A stretch of 32,745 nt of DNA, from the NCBI RefSeq assembly GCF_001194135.2, contig NC_068984.1, forward strand, positions 64,104,452 to 64,137,196, read 5' to 3'. The position numbers and the translations under genes are program-made. Shown here piece after piece: positions 1 through 11,327 of the stretch; the first letter of the stretch is position 1; each line of letters opens with the position of its first letter. Origin of the DNA: Octopus bimaculoides (Eukaryota). A model generated the notes under the pieces. That model ran no database searches. It worked only from the letters and a program-made list of their open reading frames with translations, and had not been told where the DNA came from.

Positions 1-54
1 GTGTGTGTGTGTGTGTGTGTGTGTGCGCGTGTGTGTCTGTGTGTGTGTGTGTGT
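1..54. repeat. (GT)n microsatellite
   Basis: Direct: near-pure GT dinucleotide run at the window start. Confidence 0.95.
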
Positions 55-1315
55 TCATTTGCAAGTGTATGTTTCTATGCATGCGTAAGATTGAATGTGA
101 TAAGATATTTTAAACAAATATGGAGAACGTCCATTGTTTACACTTCTGAATTTGCAGGTGTAGGTCTATCTATCAACTGATTGTGTTACAGTATTTTTGT
201 CGTATGTGGGTATAGTCCATAATCTTATATGCCAGTGCGCATGTTTTGATTCTCCTTATGCTTAGTTTTGTCGATATGTATATAAAATAACATTACTATG
301 AAGCACAAATACATATAATTTCCAAATAAATCATTATTTATCTGCTTTTGTATCAATAATTTCTCCACTATTTTTTCCCAAGTTATTGATGAAATATTTT
401 TCTCATACACTGATTGATACAACTGCTAGCAATTCTAAGATAGGTTTTATAATTGAAGCAAGCAAGGAAGGAATTGTACTGAAAATAAATGTTTTCAACT
501 GCAACGAAATAAACAGAGGTTATTACACATGAAACCAAATGCATTACATATACTATTTTAGGATAAATCGAGTTCACCTAAACGGAAATAAACATCAACA
601 AAGTCAGGTGTGTGTGTGTGTGTACAGGTCTTAAATTCTATCTAATATCTAATAGTTACAGTGGGTGGGAGAGCTTGTATAGCATAGCCTGTATTTTCAA
701 GCAATCTTTCAGTCTCAAAATACAACGTGACTGCTCTTTCAAAGGACGAGAAAGGATGAAAATTTACAAAACGGGACGAGAAAAGACAAGAACGAAGACA
801 GAAAAAATTAAAAGAAAAATGTGGAATGAGAAAAAGAAAATATGGAGGCAAATTGAATTAATATAGTTGTAACTAATTCACGGTTGAAAAACTTCGTAAG
901 ACTATATTTAAACTGGAGAGAGAGATGTTTTCTAGTGCCATAAGCGAAACATCTCCCAATGCTTACATTTAAATTTCAGTTCTAGAAATTCAATAGGTCA
1001 GTGAAGTTCTGTATAGAAAAGGATATGACATCTTTCCACTACGCAAAACCTGCATCACTTTGATCTGACTCATGAATAACAAGAATATTATCAAATTAGC
1101 TAACCATATCTGGAGCCGGGTACAGCAATAAACATACCCTATCAAGTGAAGCATTGAGGAATGATTCAAGCATATGCTAATACACACGCACACACACACA
1201 CACATGCACACCCGCGTTATTCCGTGTGTATTCAAATTCCAATGGTACCTTACTTTCAAAGCATTTTCTCCATTATACGCCAGTTTGACTATTTATAAAG
1301 TTACACAAAAAAATA

Positions 1316-1654
1316 TGCATCTCGGTAACCCGTGGTCCGATTTACGTAAAACTTGTTTTATTCCGTTTGTATTCACACGAGCATCTGATTCATAGTGCCT
1401 CCTACTTTAATCTCTTTCCCTTTGTTTCGCCCGACGCTCAGCTCTCTGAGTGTCGAGTCCTGATTTCTCCTGCTTCTCTCTCTTTCCCTCTGTTCCGCCA
1501 GACGCTCATCCCTTACTTTATAAGTATCATTAATCCTTCTATTCGCATGCCTATTCCGATCGTGGGTAAATATTTCGTAAAGGACCCGTACCAGAGGGAG
1601 ATAAGCACCTCCACCCAGCTAAGCCTGCATCCAGCTAAGCATGGGTCTGTCACA
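1316..1654 (-). mobile_element. Possible solo-LTR-like repeat remnant
   Basis: GC-elevated block. On the minus strand it begins TGTGACAG, has AATAAA near its 3' end and ends ...GGTTACCGAGATGCA. It contains internal direct repeats (1411-1440 vs 1479-1508). No target-site duplication found. Confidence 0.3.
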
Positions 1655-2785
1655 TTAAGTTGACAGTATACTACTTTATATATATATATAGTATTGCAAT
1701 TAAGTATCATGTACAATAAAATCTTACAGTTATAGTGGTAATTGGTGTCCTCTTATCTTTATATACATGTTGTCTATATAGTGTGGGTTTTCAATATTAA
1801 ATCTATGCTGTACCAAGAAGCTTTAACAACTTAAATTAAGATATTGGAAGAAAGAAATTACAATAAAAATTAAGCTACATTTAAATATCTTACAAACAAA
1901 GTGCAAATGACACATAGAGAGGGTAGAAAAGGCAGGAAAAAATTCCTTTTATGAAATTATTACAATATCTTTCCTACCGATAAATGATTTCCATATACTT
2001 CATATGGATTTACTTTGTACTTTAATTATCCAATTATATGTAAGCAATTATACCGGTTTAGATTAGTGCGTGGTTCTTATTAAAATATTTAAAAGTTTCA
2101 ATTAATATTGTCTCATTTTAAATGAACTAGTAATTAGAATTTAGGATACTTAAGCACATTTTCATAGTGTCTTCATTCTGCACACACACACACACACACG
2201 CACACATACACACTCACACACACACATATATCGCAGATACTGACACGTTCAGAACTAGACAGCTATAAGATAACCCAAAGATAACGTACATAATATTTCT
2301 GTATGTTTCTTCGAGAATATGAGCAGTGGGTTTGTCTGTATGTGTGTTACATATGCGTGACTGTCTAGGCTGACAATTTGTTTGACAGGCAATCATCTAA
2401 TTTTATATTAATAAGTTCACAAATTAACAGTGGAAATATTAATGTGACAAAGAGTAGATCAAGTATATGTATATAAATTCCATTCGCTAATTAAGAATGA
2501 GAGTTAACTATGCGCAAAACAGGTTTAAAATAATAACAGGATAAGTAGATACATGTTTGCTTATAAATATATTGTTACACACCATATGCACACTCTGACA
2601 TTTCGGCATGCATGTAGAGATATATATTGAGGAAGATAACTGTATATGTGTGTGTGATTGTGTGTGTGTATGTATGTGTGTGTATGTTTGTGTGTGTATG
2701 AACAGAGACATAAAGATACATAGGTGAGAGAGATATTGAAAAATATTTCATTACCTTATATTCCTACATGTTACGAATATTAAGA

Positions 2786-2789
<4 letters not shown>

Positions 2790-2823
<34 letters not shown>
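2790..2823. repeat. (TA)n microsatellite
   Basis: Direct. Confidence 0.95.
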
Positions 2824-2827
<4 letters not shown>

Positions 2828-2880
2828 GATGTATGTATGCATATAAATGTATGTCTGTATATGTATATACATACATATAT

Positions 2881-3080
2881 GTGACCCCTCTTCGGTCATG
2901 AATGACCATGGGATTGTACCTAGAAAGTGACCCTCCGATACACATGTCTAGGCAAGGTTGCTTGTGGAAGACCAGCAGTGGCTCATGTATACCAGCCCCC
3001 CACCCTCTCCACACTACCGATGTTATCCAAGAGTAAGGCAAAGGCCGATACAGCTTGGCACCAGTGACGTCACAACTCAT
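2881..3080 (-). mobile_element. SINE 3' portion (cephalopod-type), tRNA head missing
   Basis: GACCCCTCTTCGGTCATGAATGACCATGGGATTG...GGCAAAGGCCGATACAGCTTGGCACCAGTGACGTC matches my recollection of an abundant octopus SINE body read in reverse. Family name not verified. Confidence 0.65.
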
Positions 3081-3084
3081 TTAT

Positions 3085-3309
3085 TAATGTGGCCGAGCAC
3101 TCCACATACATGTGTATTCTTAATGTAGTTCTCGGGGAGTTTACGTGTGACAGAGGTTGGCTCTTTGAAATACAGGTACAACAGTAACAGGAAGAAAGAG
3201 TGAGAGAAAGTTGTGGTGAAAGAATACAACAGGTTTCACCACCACCCCTGCCGGAAGCTTTAGGTGTTTTTTGCTCAGTAAACACTCAAAATGCCCGGTC
3301 TGGGAACCG
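3085..3309 (-). mobile_element. tRNA-derived SINE, head cut by assembly gap
   Basis: GAAGAAAGAGTGAGAGAAAGTTGTGGTGAAAGA...GCTTTAGGTGTTTT...GCCCGGTCTGGGAACCG. The right end reads on the minus strand as a B-box-like CGGTTCCCAGACCGGGC immediately before the N-run. Confidence 0.65.
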
Positions 3310-3525
3310 NNNNNNNNNNNNNNNNNNNNNNNNNNNNNNNNNNNNNNNNNNNNNNNNNNNNNNNNNNNNNNNNNNNNNNNNNNNNNNNNNNNNNNNNNNN
3401 NNNNNNNNNNNNNNNNNNNNNNNNNNNNNNNNNNNNNNNNNNNNNNNNNNNNNNNNNNNNNNNNNNNNNNNNNNNNNNNNNNNNNNNNNNNNNNNNNNNN
3501 NNNNNNNNNNNNNNNNNNNNNNNNN
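3310..3525. other. Assembly gap (N-run)
   Basis: Direct; followed by (TA)n. Confidence 1.
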
Positions 3526-3573
<48 letters not shown>

Positions 3574-4380
3574 TATAAAAACACACATGTCTATAGATAA
3601 CAAGGCTATTTAAGTAAGTAAATATAAGCATTTATAGACAGACAGTCATACATATAGATAATTATAGATAAATATAGCTAACACGTAATTATATCGTAAT
3701 TGTAGACTGTACAGAGTTATTTATCAGATCTTTACCGCCAGTACAAGAGATGACCAATGAGATTGAAGTGCAAAGACAAAGTAGCAGGCGTCATTAGTAT
3801 TTCTAAAGATAATTTTAATCTAAATGCATCTAATTTTCTTCTGACATTAATGGTACTTTTCAATGAATCAGTTGAGGACAATCATCTGAATATTTATCAG
3901 TATGTATTTAACAAAAATACTTTAGCAAATTTGTAGTTATTTACTGATGTAGTTAGTTTGCAGTGTGGTTTCCTTTCGTAGTGTATTTATTTCAGTTTAG
4001 TTAATATTTCTACCTTGTATTTTCAGACACCTGCAATGAATTTGATTATGGCAGCACCGCGAAACTAACTGTCCACTGAGATACTAAGTGAAATAAGGCT
4101 GTCAATGTTCTGACAGTCACGGCAAACAACATCGCCAAGAAATTGACAGAATTTTCTTTAGACAAACGTCGGCGGCATGGAGAATTTGCATGTACAGACA
4201 AGTACTACTTTTACTAAAAAGCAAAACCATTACCTAGACTTGTGCATACATGTGTAAATGTATGGCTAACTTTCATCAACAGAGGGCTCCTGTACCGGGT
4301 GAAATCGTTGATTGTCATTACATAACAATAAATTAAGGCTTAGGGAAATTTCCAACTTGTATATTATTAAATTGGATTGA

Positions 4381-4518
4381 CTTGTGTGTGTATGTGTTTG
4401 TGTATATTACTAAATATATGTACGTATATGTATATATATATGTGTGTGTGTGTGCGTGTGTGTGTGTGTTTGTGTGTGTGTTTGTGTGTGGGTTTGTGTG
4501 TGTGTTTGTGTGTGTGTG
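4381..4518. repeat. Compound (GT)n/(TA)n microsatellite with 12-bp higher-order unit GTGTGTGTGTTT
   Basis: Direct. Confidence 0.9.
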
Positions 4519-4918
4519 TCCATCCATGTATGTATATCTTATATATAAAACAGAGATGTCCGTGTATTCGTTTCCACGCGTAAACGGATTCACCAATTGC
4601 TTCCATGCTTGTGATGCCTGAATAATTTGACCTCGGACAAATAATACGCTCTTCATTTGAATCTTTTATTAAAAATAAATAATATTGCTTTAGTATTTAT
4701 TACGTTAAAAAAGGTTTCGGAATGTCAACTTCCGGTATTGATGTAGCAACGGCAAAAAGCTTCACTGCTTATATTGACGTTTTCATTTCAAGTTTTAGTT
4801 TTCTATTTACAAACAACTACGATAAATTACTGAAAGAAATATTTATTAAGTTCACGAATTTAAACATTCCGTACAAGAGCTTTTATTCATATGGCTTTAT
4901 GATTTCATGTTTATTTCA

Positions 4919-5503
4919 NNNNNNNNNNNNNNNNNNNNNNNNNNNNNNNNNNNNNNNNNNNNNNNNNNNNNNNNNNNNNNNNNNNNNNNNNNNNNNNNNN
5001 NNNNNNNNNNNNNNNNNNNNNNNNNNNNNNNNNNNNNNNNNNNNNNNNNNNNNNNNNNNNNNNNNNNNNNNNNNNNNNNNNNNNNNNNNNNNNNNNNNNN
5101 NNNNNNNNNNNNNNNNNNNNNNNNNNNNNNNNNNNNNNNNNNNNNNNNNNNNNNNNNNNNNNNNNNNNNNNNNNNNNNNNNNNNNNNNNNNNNNNNNNNN
5201 NNNNNNNNNNNNNNNNNNNNNNNNNNNNNNNNNNNNNNNNNNNNNNNNNNNNNNNNNNNNNNNNNNNNNNNNNNNNNNNNNNNNNNNNNNNNNNNNNNNN
5301 NNNNNNNNNNNNNNNNNNNNNNNNNNNNNNNNNNNNNNNNNNNNNNNNNNNNNNNNNNNNNNNNNNNNNNNNNNNNNNNNNNNNNNNNNNNNNNNNNNNN
5401 NNNNNNNNNNNNNNNNNNNNNNNNNNNNNNNNNNNNNNNNNNNNNNNNNNNNNNNNNNNNNNNNNNNNNNNNNNNNNNNNNNNNNNNNNNNNNNNNNNNN
5501 NNN
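4919..5503. other. Assembly gap (N-run)
   Basis: Direct; followed by (TA)n. Confidence 1.
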
Positions 5504-5937
5504 ATATATATATATATATATATATATACAATATATACACATATGCATATGTGTGCACAGGACGTCTCAAAACGTGTACAACAAAAAGAATGTTGGTACC
5601 CGTTTCGTTACGTCCTGTACCCACATATGCATATATAATATACGTATACATGTATGTACGTATACCTATGTGTATATATATATATATATATATATGTATA
5701 TAACGGATTACTACTGATATTCCTTCCTCTTCTGATATAATCTCCATATTATGCTTCATAGCAACAATCACCAGATATTAAAGTTTTAGGTTGACCATGT
5801 GTGCAAAGAGCCCTTATCAAATTTCAATATAACTGTTGGAAAATATCTAAAATATGAACAATGCTAATACGGTAATGTGTGTTTACCTGACTACAAACCC
5901 TAATGCTTTATGATGACCTTTACCAAAATTGTGTCCA

Positions 5938-6211
5938 ATACGCCTGCTTCTATTAAGTGAACCCTTCCTCTATCCTTTTCTTATTTCTTTTCACCTTTTT
6001 GTAACCTGCCTTCCTTTTCTATCTATTCTACTTGCATCTTTACATTTTTTCATCCCTCCCCCATGCACTTACCATTTCTTCAGCGTCCTGCTTTGTTATA
6101 ACGAGAAATGTCTCGGACGAAAGTAGCATTAATTTCTTTTAGGTCGTTCAATCTTTCTCAACTGATCAATAGACCAATTGAGTAAACTTCTCAGTAATGT
6201 ACCTATAATCA

Positions 6212-6257
<46 letters not shown>

Positions 6258-6616
6258 ACNNNNNNNNNNNNNNNNNNNNNNNNNNNNNNNNNNNNNNNNN
6301 NNNNNNNNNNNNNNNNNNNNNNNNNNNNNNNNNNNNNNNNNNNNNNNNNNNNNNNNNNNNNNNNNNNNNNNNNNNNNNNNNNNNNNNNNNNNNNNNNNNN
6401 NNNNNNNNNNNNNNNNNNNNNNNNNNNNNNNNNNNNNNNNNNNNNNNNNNNNNNNNNNNNNNNNNNNNNNNNNNNNNNNNNNNNNNNNNNNNNNNNNNNN
6501 NNNNNNNNNNNNNNNNNNNNNNNNNNNNNNNNNNNNNNNNNNNNNNNNNNNNNNNNNNNNNNNNNACTGATCAATAGACCAATTGAGTAAACTTCTCAGT
6601 AATGTACCTATAATCA

Positions 6617-6652
<36 letters not shown>

Positions 6653-6801
6653 ACAATGAAGGAAGTTAAGTGCTTGGAGAACAAAGGAAAAGATGGGAAG
6701 ATGCAAGTAGAATAGAGAAAAGCTGGAAGGTAGATTACAAAGGGGTGAAGAGAAGTAAGGAAAGGATAGTGGTCGGGGTGACTCACTAGAAGTAGGGGTA
6801 G
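5938..6801. repeat. Inverted repeat pair (~145-bp arms 5938-6082 and 6657-6801)
   Basis: 5970-6040 aligns to the reverse complement of 6698-6769 with 7 mismatches (all transitions) and 2 small indels, including a 19-bp perfect match TCTATTCTACTTGCATCTT. Weaker similarity extends on both sides. Confidence 0.85.
6161..6654 (+). repeat. Direct duplication flanking a gap (6161-6259 = 6566-6654), probable assembly/haplotype artefact; gap 6260-6565
   Basis: Identical unique sequence ACTGATCAATAGACC...ATCATGC(GT)nATAAC on both sides of the N-run, differing only in GT count (20 vs 15 units). Confidence 0.9.
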
Positions 6802-6928
6802 AGGATGGCCGAAATTTTTGAAAAAGGACAGACATAAAGCAATAGTGTTTTTAGTGTAGCATTGATTTTAGACTAGATATCTTTCAAATGTGTTAAAATT
6901 TAATATTGACCATATATATATATATATA

Positions 6929-7435
6929 NNNNNNNNNNNNNNNNNNNNNNNNNNNNNNNNNNNNNNNNNNNNNNNNNNNNNNNNNNNNNNNNNNNNNNNN
7001 NNNNNNNNNNNNNNNNNNNNNNNNNNNNNNNNNNNNNNNNNNNNNNNNNNNNNNNNNNNNNNNNNNNNNNNNNNNNNNNNNNNNNNNNNNNNNNNNNNNN
7101 NNNNNNNNNNNNNNNNNNNNNNNNNNNNNNNNNNNNNNNNNNNNNNNNNNNNNNNNNNNNNNNNNNNNNNNNNNNNNNNNNNNNNNNNNNNNNNNNNNNN
7201 NNNNNNNNNNNNNNNNNNNNNNNNNNNNNNNNNNNNNNNNNNNNNNNNNNNNNNNNNNNNNNNNNNNNNNNNNNNNNNNNNNNNNNNNNNNNNNNNNNNN
7301 NNNNNNNNNNNNNNNNNNNNNNNNNNNNNNNNNNNNNNNNNNNNNNNNNNNNNNNNNNNNNNNNNNNNNNNNNNNNNNNNNNNNNNNNNNNNNNNNNNNN
7401 NNNNNNNNNNNNNNNNNNNNNNNNNNNNNNNNNNN
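6929..7435. other. Assembly gap (N-run)
   Basis: Direct; (TA)n on both sides. Confidence 1.
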
Positions 7436-7459
7436 TATATATATATATATATATATATA

Positions 7460-8195
7460 TGGTCATTGTCTACCTCTCATTCAGAGTCTGATGAACATCA
7501 TATCGTCTACAATGGCTTTTTGAACCAGACAATGTATTGAAAAGACACCCATATAGATTGGATATCTGATTTGGACCACTAAGAGCTGCACTTAAGCTAT
7601 GACGTTTGTGGATCTTAAATGTTTTTTGAGGTTTCCATTAGATTTACAAACCTTATGGCATACACGGCATTGAAATGTGTACACACACATAGCCAGAGTG
7701 GTTTTGTGGATGTTCGTTTTTCATGGGTCTGTAAACGAGATTTGAGCCCAACAAAAGAAAGGCTTGGTCTGTCACAAGCTGTGCGCAGAATAAGTTCACC
7801 GAGATTCAGCTTCTCGTTCGCAACATTCTTCTTTAAGTCTGTCTTGAGTCTTCCATGTGTTATCCTGGCCTCCTGAAAAGTTTTCACTTCACTGCACACT
7901 GTTCTACCCAGCGCTTATGAATAGAAGCGGTGTCAGTCAAAAGAAAATTTCCATTTGCTCTTCTCACTGGAGCTAGTGAAGAAGATTTGGAGGCCATAGA
8001 CCTTACCTTTTCTCTTGTATTTCTCACATTATTATTATTTTTTGTCCTTGTTCACTCCTCCATGCACTTGTCGCTTATATTCCAGACACCACCGACAACT
8101 GATGAGGGCTGAACGCTTTTGCGTCTTATGTTTGCATTTTTTCTGGGGTTTTTTTCGGTAAATTGCTTTGTCATTCCATTGTACCACATCTTTCG
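7460..8195 (-). mobile_element. RTE-clade LINE remnant, internally deleted (EN-RT linker fused to C-terminus)
   Basis: Minus-strand translation gives KVYG.../SSLAPVRRANGNFLLTDTASIHKRWVEQ, the RTE linker motif P.(R/K)..DG.LLTD...I..RW.EH. It is followed directly by CSEVKTFQEARITHGRLKTDLKK...ACDRPSLSFVGLKSRLQTH, a degenerate RTE C-terminal C2H2-like motif. Frameshifts present. Confidence 0.75.
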
Positions 8196-8204
8196 TTATA
8201 TTCC

Positions 8205-8352
8205 TTGCGTGTCTGTATACACACATATGTACACACACATACACACGCACACACATCAACATACACGAACACTCACACAGGTACACACGCGCACACACAG
8301 GCACATACACACACTCACACGCATACACACACATGCACATACACACACACAT
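8205..8352. repeat. Degenerate (CA)n-rich low-complexity tract
   Basis: Direct. Confidence 0.85.
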
Positions 8353-9494
8353 ATAAATATCGAAATTCCCCAAACTAATATCCATATGTGAAAGCTGGAA
8401 TTATGCTTATATGTCAATGACTTTTCCTTCTTGAAATGACTCATTCTATTTACTTGTACAAATAAAGTTTTGTTAATTCACTTTCCTTGTGGTGTATATC
8501 ACGGTAAACAATTTTGTAGTTGAATGTCGGTGAACAGTCTGCCTCAAGTTAATACTTAATACGGCAACCTATATTTGTTCATATTTGTGTCCACTTGCGT
8601 GAGAATGTATGTCTAAGTGTATGTATATAAATATGTATGTGTGTATATGTATATGTAATTATGTATTTGCCTGTAATAGCACAACAGACCCACATATTTT
8701 TCTACTACACATATGTTTAGTCTATTTTATTTAGCTTTAATTCTATTGTGAATGTTTGTGCTGTGACTATTGTGTGATGTTGCAATATGTATCTTCACAT
8801 AATCTATTGACGCTTGACATCCTCATGTGTTTACATTCATCGGATTTATCTTCAAAATCTGTCGATCATATCGTATTTATATTTTTCTTTTTCTTTTTTT
8901 TTAGTTTCCTTTCCTTCAATCGATTCAGTTTGTTGAAAATTGACTGCTTTCTGTTTCGCACAGAATAGGATTGATTTTTTTTCTTTACTTTCATGAAATG
9001 AATGTCGGACATAATAGTGTATATCTAAAAGGTCCCCTGTCTTTAATCTTAAAAGGACCAGTTGTAAATGTTAAATTCAAGAAGAGTGATAACATTGCCA
9101 TTAAAAGGAATCATTTGGCTATAAATACATTTCTCCATATTTTATTCTTCAGCATTTCACCCAGTGTAATCTCTGATTTTATTCAAAATGTCATTTCACT
9201 GTTCTTGTATAATATTGCTCGTGCACACATTATTACGAGGGAAATATGTCGTTATCCATTATACACTTGACCACACAGCGGAATTTCACGCAGCTTTCAT
9301 TTATATGCAGCACACGTCAATGCAAATATACCTACATACATACTGACATGCACATACACACATACATACATACAGACATGCACACACATACATATATACA
9401 TACACACACTTACATAGATACATACATTCATCCATGCATTCATATATACATACAGACAATTATAGACAAACCCACATGCAGACCCACGTGATAA

Positions 9495-9903
9495 GCGCGT
9501 GGCTTTGTGGTAAGAAATTTGCTTCTCAACCACATGGTTCCGAGTTCAGTCCCACTGCATGGCACCTTTGGCAAGTGTCTTCTACTATAGCCTCGGGCCG
9601 ACCGAAATCTTGTGAGTGGATTTGGTAGAGGGAAACTGAAATCCAGTCATATATATGTGTGTGTGTGTGTGTGTTTGTGTGTGTGTGTGAGTGTGTGTGT
9701 GTGTGTTTGTCCCCCATCATCGCTTGACAACTGGTCTTGGTGTGTTTAGGTCCCCGTAACCTGGCTATAGGCAAAAGAGACCGATGTTATAAGTACCATA
9801 GGCTTACAAAGAATAAGTCCTGGGGACGATTGGCTCGACTAAAGGCGGTGCTCCAGCATGGCCGCAGTCAAAGGACTGAAAGAAATGAAAGAAGAAAAGA
9901 ATA
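9495..9903 (+). mobile_element. Full-length tRNA-derived SINE with CORE/MIR-like segment and internal (TG)n
   Basis: A-box-like GTGGCTTTGTGGTAAG, B-box GAGTTCAGTCCC, MIR-core-like GGCACCTTTGGCAAGTGTCTTCTACTATAGCCTC, internal (TG)n at about 9656-9706, 3' body ending GGCCGCAGTCAAAGGACTGAAA and a purine-rich tail. Related copies at 24372 and 27025. Confidence 0.85.
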
Positions 9904-9921
9904 TATCCAGAAAAAGAAACA

Positions 9922-9924
9922 GAG

Positions 9925-9967
<43 letters not shown>

Positions 9968-10012
9968 AACAGAGTGACAGAGACAGAGATACAGCCAGAC
10001 AGAGAGAGACAT
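9922..10012. repeat. (AG)n/(AGAC)n microsatellite
   Basis: Direct. Confidence 0.9.
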
Positions 10013-10117
10013 TCGAAAAGATTTGTGTCTTTTCCTCTTTGTGTATGGAGTATAAGTGTGCGAGTATCGATATACCTTCAGTGAACTGTAGGAGTAATAA
10101 TAAAGCTAGAGTTTGTT

Positions 10118-10192
10118 GGCACAATAAAATAACTCAGCCTCGGCAGAATTGGAGCTGAGAACATAGACTAATGAAATGCAGCTAAGTTATTG
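10118..10192 (-). mobile_element. Degenerate fragment of the SINE family seen at 30518
   Basis: Reverse complement ...CTTAGCTGCATTTCATTAGTCTATGTTCTCAGCTCCAATTCTGCCGAGG resembles 30555-30606 CTTAGCGGTATTTCGTCTGTCTTTACGTTCTGAGTTCAAATTCTGCCGAGG. Confidence 0.5.
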
Positions 10193-11252
10193 CTGTTGCT
10201 GTTGCTGTGGGTGTGTTGGTGGTGGTAGTGGTGGTGGTGGTGGATGCGGTGGATCTGGTAGACTTAGTGCTAGTGCTACGTCATGCGAAAAGTACTGTCC
10301 AGTTTTTCAATGAACTAAACTGCGTCTCGAATTAACATAGTAATGACTAATTATTCAATTCCTAGTTATTTTATTAACGTAATTCTCTGGCAGTATGCTG
10401 TAACACAAACTGTGATAATTGGCTTCCATAGGTTTTTCATGTACCTAATCTCACTCACGAGTGAATGGATCGCCTCTGGGTCATTGTACATATTTGCCAA
10501 AAATTCTTCATTATTGTATCCAGGTCGAAACGGTCTTTGCGAAGAGAACTTGTTCACCTTTCAACCACTGACAGGCTCCCATATGCACAAAATCCTGTCA
10601 ACAGAGAACGTAATAGAACGAGTGTTTGAGAAAGGAATAGTTTGTATTTTCTTTCACATAGAGAAACACTCTTCTTGAGAAATATGTGTCCGTTATAATT
10701 TTCCATATGTCATTTCCACTATCAAACCAGAGTTTCATGCCTATGAAAGAAAAAGAAATCGTTATTTCAAATTATTCGATCGGCTGTTGTCTATGTTTTA
10801 CAATATATGAAAAATGGAAGATTTGGTGTACTGTAGAAATTCCCAGCTGACTGTGATAACAACTAAAGCATATTTTAATAATGTAGCTTTGCTCTGTAAT
10901 AACATACATAATTCAGAATTTCTATCAAGGATCGATATTTTACATACATAATAGCATTGATTCTACCATATTTCCAACCAGTTTTGCGAATATATTCAAA
11001 ATCAATAGCAACATTTCATATTACTGACTTTATAATGAAGAGGTCTTACTATTTTTCACGCTTCAATACATATGTAAACCATCTTCAAAACTGATGAAAG
11101 TTCTTTCCTTTTGCTGTCTGTCATTATAAGAGTGAGTGTTTATTTGCTGCTGCGTGAACGCTGCTCAGTTAGAATTCTGTAAAAGTTTTAAATACACGCA
11201 TACACACATACATCTGTATATCTACATATATATATATATATATATACATATA

Positions 11253-11327
11253 NNNNNNNNNNNNNNNNNNNNNNNNNNNNNNNNNNNNNNNNNNNNNNNN
11301 NNNNNNNNNNNNNNNNNNNNNNNNNNN
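11253..11327. other. Assembly gap (N-run)
   Basis: Direct; (TA)n on both sides. Confidence 1.

Noticed and set aside
655-735. Minus frame RAVTLYFETERLLENTGYAIQA resembling a CUB-domain end
   Set aside because: Too short, weak donor, and no supporting exons.
4333-4656. ORFs rich in HT/CV/YI dipeptides here and at 8035-8444, 9246-9774, 12418-12717, 14178-14573, 17709-18339 and 32540-32737
   Set aside because: Translations of microsatellites.
3141-7540. Long ORFs in the track (up to 331 aa) spanning 3141-3631, 4722-5771, 6129-6656 and 6890-7540
   Set aside because: They are open only because N-runs translate as X and (TA)n/(CA)n give YIYI/HTHT. They are not genes.
10560-10700. Minus frame with TGA at Trp-like positions, suggesting a mitochondrial-code NUMT
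   Set aside because: The same frame also has TAA stops and resembles no mitochondrial protein.
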